Assembly (NCBI GenBank): GCA_038207335.1
Contig: JBBQZX010000004.1
Location: 160,001-224,000 of the forward strand
Reading direction: 5' to 3'
Source of the DNA: Chthoniobacterales bacterium
GTDB lineage: Bacteria > Verrucomicrobiota > Verrucomicrobiia > Chthoniobacterales > Chthoniobacteraceae
Length of the DNA stretch: 64,000 bases
In this document: piece by piece, positions 59,254 to 64,000 of the stretch
Position numbering within the stretch: position 1 is the stretch's first letter
How the letters are laid out: every line of letters begins with the position of its first letter
Made by a program: the position numbers and the translations under genes
The notes under the pieces: model-generated
Seen by the model: the letters and a program-made list of their open reading frames with translations, nothing else
Databases searched by the model: none
Told to the model about the DNA's origin: nothing

Positions 59254-59426
59254 AAAAGTGAAGGTTGTCAGGTTCGTGAAAGCTCAACGCCGCTGCTCAG
59301 CAAACGGACGCATCTTCCAATCGTGATGGCATGATGCGTTAAGAATTCGCTCCGTCAACCCGAAAGATCACTCGCGAGGAAAGCCGATGATCCTTTTCAT
59401 CGCGGAATCTCGCATGAACGGATGAT

Positions 59427-62400
59427 ATGAACCCGCACGTGCCGCCCCCACCGCCACCCCAGCGTCCCTCCGGTCCGCCCAGACTGCCGATGCGTCTGCC
59501 GGTAGATGTCCGCGTTGAGGCCACCTTCAACTCCGCGCTGCAGCGACCGGTCGCGGAGCGCGAGGCTTTCATCGCGGAGGCTTGTGGGGAGGAAGGCGAG
59601 ATGCTCATCGAAGTGCGGGCATTGCTCGCGGCGCACGATGCCGCAGGTGATTTCCTCGAGGAACCGCGGATGACGCCCGAGATCGAGGAGCAGATGGCGC
59701 GGCTGAAGCCGGAGGAGGCAGGCGAGATGATCGGGCCTTACAAATTGCTGGAGCCGCTCGGCGAGGGTGGCTTTGGCACCGTGTGGATGGCGGAGCAGGA
59801 GGTGCCGGTGCGGCGGCGCGTGGCGTTGAAGATCATCAAGATGGGCATGGATACGAAGGAGGTCATCGCGCGCTTTCAGCAGGAGGAGCAGGCGCTCGCG
59901 ATGATGGATCATCCGAACATCGCGAAGGTTTTCGATGCGGGGGCGACGCAGTTTGGACGGCCGTATTTCGTGATGGAATTGGTGCGCGGCATCCCGATCA
60001 CGCACTACTGCGACCAGCACAAGCTGCCGACGGTGGAGCGGCTGCGGCTGTTCATCGCGGTCTGCCATGCGCTCCAGCACGCGCACCAAAAGGGGATCAT
60101 CCACCGCGACATCAAGCCCAACAACGTCCTCGTCACGATGCACGATGGCGGCGCGGTGCCGAAGGTCATCGACTTCGGCGTGGCGAAGGCGACGCAGCAG
60201 CGGCTCACGGACCTGACGGTGTTCACGCAGTTTGAGCAGATGATCGGGACGCCGCTCTACATGTCGCCCGAGCAGGCGGAAATGAGCGGGCTGGATGTGG
60301 ATACGCGCAGCGACATTTATTCGCTCGGTGTCGTGCTCTACGAACTGCTCACGGGCCGCACGCCGTTCGACGCGGAGGAGCTGATGCGGCGCGGCTACGA
60401 TGAAATCCGAAAGATGATCCGCGAGCAGGAGCCGCCGAAGCCTTCGACGGCGCTCTCGACGATGGCGCGCGACGCGGCGACGGATGTGGCGCAGCACCGG
60501 CAATCCGAGCCACCGAAGCTGGCCAGGCTGATCCGCGGCGATCTCGACTGGATCGTGATGAAGGCGCTCGAAAAAGATCGCAGCCGCCGCTACGAGACGG
60601 CGAACGGCTTCGCGCTGGACATCGAGCGGCATCTCGCTGGCGAACCGATCATCGCGCGTCCGCCAACCACGCTCTACCGGCTGGACCGGATGGTGCGGCG
60701 CAACAAGCTCGCCTTCAGCGCGGCGGCGGGCGTGCTGCTGGCGCTGATCGCCGGCGCGGGGTTCAGCCTGTGGCAGGCGCGCGAGGCGGAGCGTGAAGCA
60801 GCACGAGCCAGCGAGGCGCTCCTTGATTTGCAAAAGACGGCGCCGGCGTTCGCCGAGCAGGCGCGGACGATGGCGGCGCGCGAGGAGTTCGCCGAGGCGC
60901 TGGAGAAGCTCGATACCGCGGCGAAGCTGCGGCCCGACGAGGCGGAGTATCGCGTCGCGCGCGGCGATCTTTTGCAGTGCCAGCTCCGGCTCGCGGAAGC
61001 GGTGGCGGAGTATCGCGGGGCGCTGGCGATCGCGCCGGAGCATCCGCGGGCGAAGACGAATGCCGAGCTGTGCGACCGCTTGCTCGCGACGAATGCCGAT
61101 CCGACGAAGCTCACACCGGAGAGCCTGCGCGAACTCGCCGATTCGCTGGAGCGCGAGCATCGCCCCGCGGCGCAGCGGCTCGCGGTGGCGCGCCGGCTCG
61201 GCGAGGAAAAGAAGGTGCTGCTCGACTACTGGATCGAGCGGCTCGCGGACCTGCCGCTGCCGCCGGAGCGTCCGCTCGCCGAGCGCCTGACGCTGCGCGC
61301 GGACGGTCTGCTCGCGCTCGATTTGCAAGGCACCCGCCTCACCGATCTCTCCGCGCTGGAAGGCGTGCCGCTCGGCGAGATCAACGCCACCGGCTGCACG
61401 GAACTCCAGGACTTGCAGCCGCTCCGCGCGCTGCCGCTCACCGAATTGCGTCTCGCCAGTTCCGGTGTCACCGATCTCGCGCCGCTCAGCGGCCTGCGCA
61501 CACTGAAGACACTCGATCTCGGCAGCACCGCCGTGCGCGATCTCACCGGGCTTCAAGGGCTGCCGCTCGCGCACCTATCGCTGAATGATGCGAGGTCCGT
61601 CAGCGATCTCACGCCGCTGCGCGGGATGCCGCTGCAAGATATTTACCTCAACTACACCGGCGTCACCGATCTCGCGCCGCTGGCGGGAATGCCGCTCACG
61701 CACTTCTGGGCCACCAACCTCTCCGCCACCGACTGCTCGCCACTCACCGGATGCCCGCTGGAGGCCTGCGCGCTCAATGGGACGAAAGTGACCGACCTCG
61801 GGTTCCTGAAAAATGCGCCGTTGCGCAAACTCGATCTCACCGACAGCCCGGACGCCCGAAATTTCGCGGCCATCGCCGGCTGCCAGACGCTCGAAAGCAT
61901 CAAGCTGCCCGCGACCGCGCTCAATCTCCCGGTCGCGGACCTCGATGCCATCACCGCGCTGCGCGATCTCCCGGCGCTGAAGACCGTCGTGGCTGGTCAA
62001 AGCGCGCAGAAGGGGCCGATCGCGGCAGATTCGAGCGCGGAGTTTTGGAAAAAGTGGGACTTGCTCATCACCGTCGCGAGGCCACTGCGCGCGGCGGGCT
62101 GCACCGTGAACGCGCGCGTGCTCGATGACGGCACGTTGTCCGTGGGCCTCCTCAACCAACCGATTAGCGATCTTTCAATTCTCGAAGGCACGCCGATCAG
62201 CCGACTCGCCGTGCAGTCCACCAAGGTCAGCGACCTCCGCCCCGTGCGGACGATGAAGCTCACCTTTTTGGACCTGTGGGACACACCGGTCACGGACCTT
62301 AGCCCGCTCCGCGGCTTGCCCCTGACTTCCCTCAACCTTGGCGCGACGAACGTGACCGACCTTTCGCCGCTGGAAGGCATGCCTCTGGCCGACTTCTTTG

Positions 62401-64000
62401 CGGACCGTGCCCCGTTCACGGACTATGCGCCGCTCGCCAAAAGCCCGACGCTCAAAAACATTCACCTGCCGCGGCCGATGCCAGGCGCGCCTCCGCTGAA
62501 CCTCGAACCGCTGCGCAGCCTGCCGAACCTCGAACGAATCTCGTTTCAATATGACTGGAGCACCGGCCCGATCTGCACGGCGAAAGTTTTCTGGGCGCAC
62601 TGGGATGGCCTCGGCTGGATGCGCGCGTTGCAGGATGGGCAGTTCAATTTCACCGCGGAGCAACTGGCCGACGGACGGTGGAAGGTGCTGACGGGCGGCC
62701 GGTTCAGCGATTGCTCGATTTTCAAAGGCGCAGCCATCGCTATTTTACTGGTTGGTCCAAGCGTCGTGGACCTCAGCCCACTGCGCGATCTGCCGCTTGA
62801 GGAGCTCGATGCCGGGCGGTCGCAGGTGGCGGACATATCCACCTTGCGAGGATCGACGCTCCTCCGTTCTCTGAAATCGTTTTCCCTTTATGGGACGAAG
62901 GTCACCGATTTCTCGCCATTGGCGGAATGTGTGAATGTGAAATGGCTCAACCTCTGCCGGACGGCAGTGCGGGACGTCGGCTTTCTCCGCGGACTCAAAG
63001 TCTGCACGGGGGTGGGCCTCACTGGCACTGAGGTTTCCGACATCTCGCCGCTCAGCGAAATGCCGGAACTGCGCAGGATCTACCTTCCGCAAGGAGCGCG
63101 GGAGGTGGAAAAGCTCCGCCAATTGTCCAACCTGCGCGTGCTCTCCTACGACTACGAAGGGCAGCCGAAGCAAACCGCGGAGGAATTCTGGCAGATGCAC
63201 GACGAAGTGCCGTGGGTGGCAAAACTGAAGGCCGAGGGGATCAACCCGACCGTCGAGCGCCGCGAGGACGGGCTTTGGAGCGTGGACCTGGAAAAACAGC
63301 CCATCACCGACCTCACTCCGCTGCGCGGTTCACGCATCTGGTATCTGGACCTCCGGGACACGCCGGTTGCCGACCTCGAACCGCTGCGCGGGATGCCGCT
63401 GGAGATTTTGTGGGTGGGCGGAACAAAGGTCACCGACCTCGCGCCGCTCGCCGGAATGCGGCTCAAGTGGCTGCATGCGGCGAACACAAAGGTGGCGGAT
63501 ATCAGCGTCCTGCGCGGGATGCCGCTGGAGCAAATCGCCATGGGCGGCGGCGTGCCGGTGGACCTCGCGCCGCTGCACGAAATGGACACGCTCGAGCTCG
63601 TGAATTTCGCGCGGGGTTCGACCAACATCGAGGGCCTGCGCCGACTGCCGAAGGTCAGGACAATCAGCTACGACTATGACAACGAGAACAAACGCTTCAA
63701 AACGACCGCCGCCGAATTCTGGCAGTTGCACGACGAAGTGCCGTGGGTGGCGGAACTGAAGGCCAAGGGGATCACCGCGACCGTCAAGCGCCGCGAAGAT
63801 GGGCTTTGGAGCGTGGATCTCCAAAAGCAGCCCATCACCGACCTCACTCCGCTGCGCGGTTCACGCATCCGGTATCTGGACCTCCGGGACACGCCGGTTG
63901 CCGACCTCGAACCCCTGCGCGGGATGCCGCTCACTTACATCAACGTCAACAACACCCCCGTCACCGATCTCTCTCCGTTGCGCGGAATGCCGCTTAAGGC
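59427..64000 (+). CDS. Giant Ser/Thr kinase-TM-TPR-leucine-rich-repeat protein (>1520 aa), truncated by the window edge
   Basis: Absent from the ORF track (no stop). LGEGGFGTVW, ALK, HRDIKPNN, DFG, GTPLYMSPEQ; TM near 60710-60780; TPR-like helices; many 21-22-aa LRRs (T.V.DL.PL.GMPL..L.L). Confidence 0.92.
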   Translation, partial: MNPHVPPPPPPQRPSGPPRLPMRLPVDVRVEATFNSALQRPVAEREAFIAEACGEEGEMLIEVRALLAAHDAAGDFLEEPRMTPEIEEQMARLKPEEAGEMIGPYKLLEPLGEGGFGTVWMAEQEVPVRRRVALKIIKMGMDTKEVIARFQQEEQALAMMDHPNIAKVFDAGATQFGRPYFVMELVRGIPITHYCDQHKLPTVERLRLFIAVCHALQHAHQKGIIHRDIKPNNVLVTMHDGGAVPKVIDFGVAKATQQRLTDLTVFTQFEQMIGTPLYMSPEQAEMSGLDVDTRSDIYSLGVVLYELLTGRTPFDAEELMRRGYDEIRKMIREQEPPKPSTALSTMARDAATDVAQHRQSEPPKLARLIRGDLDWIVMKALEKDRSRRYETANGFALDIERHLAGEPIIARPPTTLYRLDRMVRRNKLAFSAAAGVLLALIAGAGFSLWQAREAEREAARASEALLDLQKTAPAFAEQARTMAAREEFAEALEKLDTAAKLRPDEAEYRVARGDLLQCQLRLAEAVAEYRGALAIAPEHPRAKTNAELCDRLLATNADPTKLTPESLRELADSLEREHRPAAQRLAVARRLGEEKKVLLDYWIERLADLPLPPERPLAERLTLRADGLLALDLQGTRLTDLSALEGVPLGEINATGCTELQDLQPLRALPLTELRLASSGVTDLAPLSGLRTLKTLDLGSTAVRDLTGLQGLPLAHLSLNDARSVSDLTPLRGMPLQDIYLNYTGVTDLAPLAGMPLTHFWATNLSATDCSPLTGCPLEACALNGTKVTDLGFLKNAPLRKLDLTDSPDARNFAAIAGCQTLESIKLPATALNLPVADLDAITALRDLPALKTVVAGQSAQKGPIAADSSAEFWKKWDLLITVARPLRAAGCTVNARVLDDGTLSVGLLNQPISDLSILEGTPISRLAVQSTKVSDLRPVRTMKLTFLDLWDTPVTDLSPLRGLPLTSLNLGATNVTDLSPLEGMPLADFFADRAPFTDYAPLAKSPTLKNIHLPRPMPGAPPLNLEPLRSLPNLERISFQYDWSTGPICTAKVFWAHWDGLGWMRALQDGQFNFTAEQLADGRWKVLTGGRFSDCSIFKGAAIAILLVGPSVVDLSPLRDLPLEELDAGRSQVADISTLRGSTLLRSLKSFSLYGTKVTDFSPLAECVNVKWLNLCRTAVRDVGFLRGLKVCTGVGLTGTEVSDISPLSEMPELRRIYLPQGAREVEKLRQLSNLRVLSYDYEGQPKQTAEEFWQMHDEVPWVAKLKAEGINPTVERREDGLWSVDLEKQPITDLTPLRGSRIWYLDLRDTPVADLEPLRGMPLEILWVGGTKVTDLAPLAGMRLKWLHAANTKVADISVLRGMPLEQIAMGGGVPVDLAPLHEMDTLELVNFARGSTNIEGLRRLPKVRTISYDYDNENKRFKTTAAEFWQLHDEVPWVAELKAKGITATVKRREDGLWSVDLQKQPITDLTPLRGSRIRYLDLRDTPVADLEPLRGMPLTYINVNNTPVTDLSPLRGMPLK
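63183..63931 (+). repeat. 218-bp direct repeat (63183-63400 / 63714-63931), period 531 bp, within the LRR region
   Basis: About 15 mismatches by manual alignment; in frame. Confidence 0.9.

Noticed and set aside
59254..59340. SAH or SAM riboswitch upstream of ahcY
   Set aside because: No recognisable conserved riboswitch core seen by eye.
59397..61574. 725-aa minus-strand ORF
   Set aside because: Antisense shadow of the + strand kinase.
63183..63931. Diversity-generating retroelement TR/VR pair
   Set aside because: Mismatches are not adenine-specific, both copies are coding, and there is no reverse transcriptase in the window.

Overview
A GC-rich bacterial chromosomal segment, most likely Verrucomicrobiota. 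This is inferred from the UBact/proteasome genes, a TGTTC-N4-GAACA LexA box, and PEP-CTERM and LEPR-XLL-type proteins. About 43 genes are supported. From left to right: a PVC-type envelope gene cluster (VWA protein, DUF4175-like protein, helical protein, prenyltransferase/squalene-cyclase-repeat protein, large secreted protein) interrupted by an inserted SGNH hydrolase; pseudogene debris; a LexA-boxed imuA-imuB-dnaE2 cassette; a UBact-prcB-prcA proteasome operon that continues into two peptidoglycan genes; secG; a Zn/Mn ABC transporter; surface proteins; a Ser/Thr kinase plus GH55-like pair; a kinase-MurQ fusion; ligA; smc; an Old Yellow Enzyme; ahcY; and a >1500-aa kinase-TM-TPR-LRR receptor-like protein. 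The supplied ORF track misses the 58-aa UBact gene, both edge-truncated genes and VanZ. Non-coding signals include tandem NrdR-like boxes before smc, GTAG-type REPs, a strand-biased structured RNA candidate and several near-leaderless promoters. No tRNA, rRNA, CRISPR array or intact transposase was seen. All family calls come from motif recognition by eye, not from database searches.
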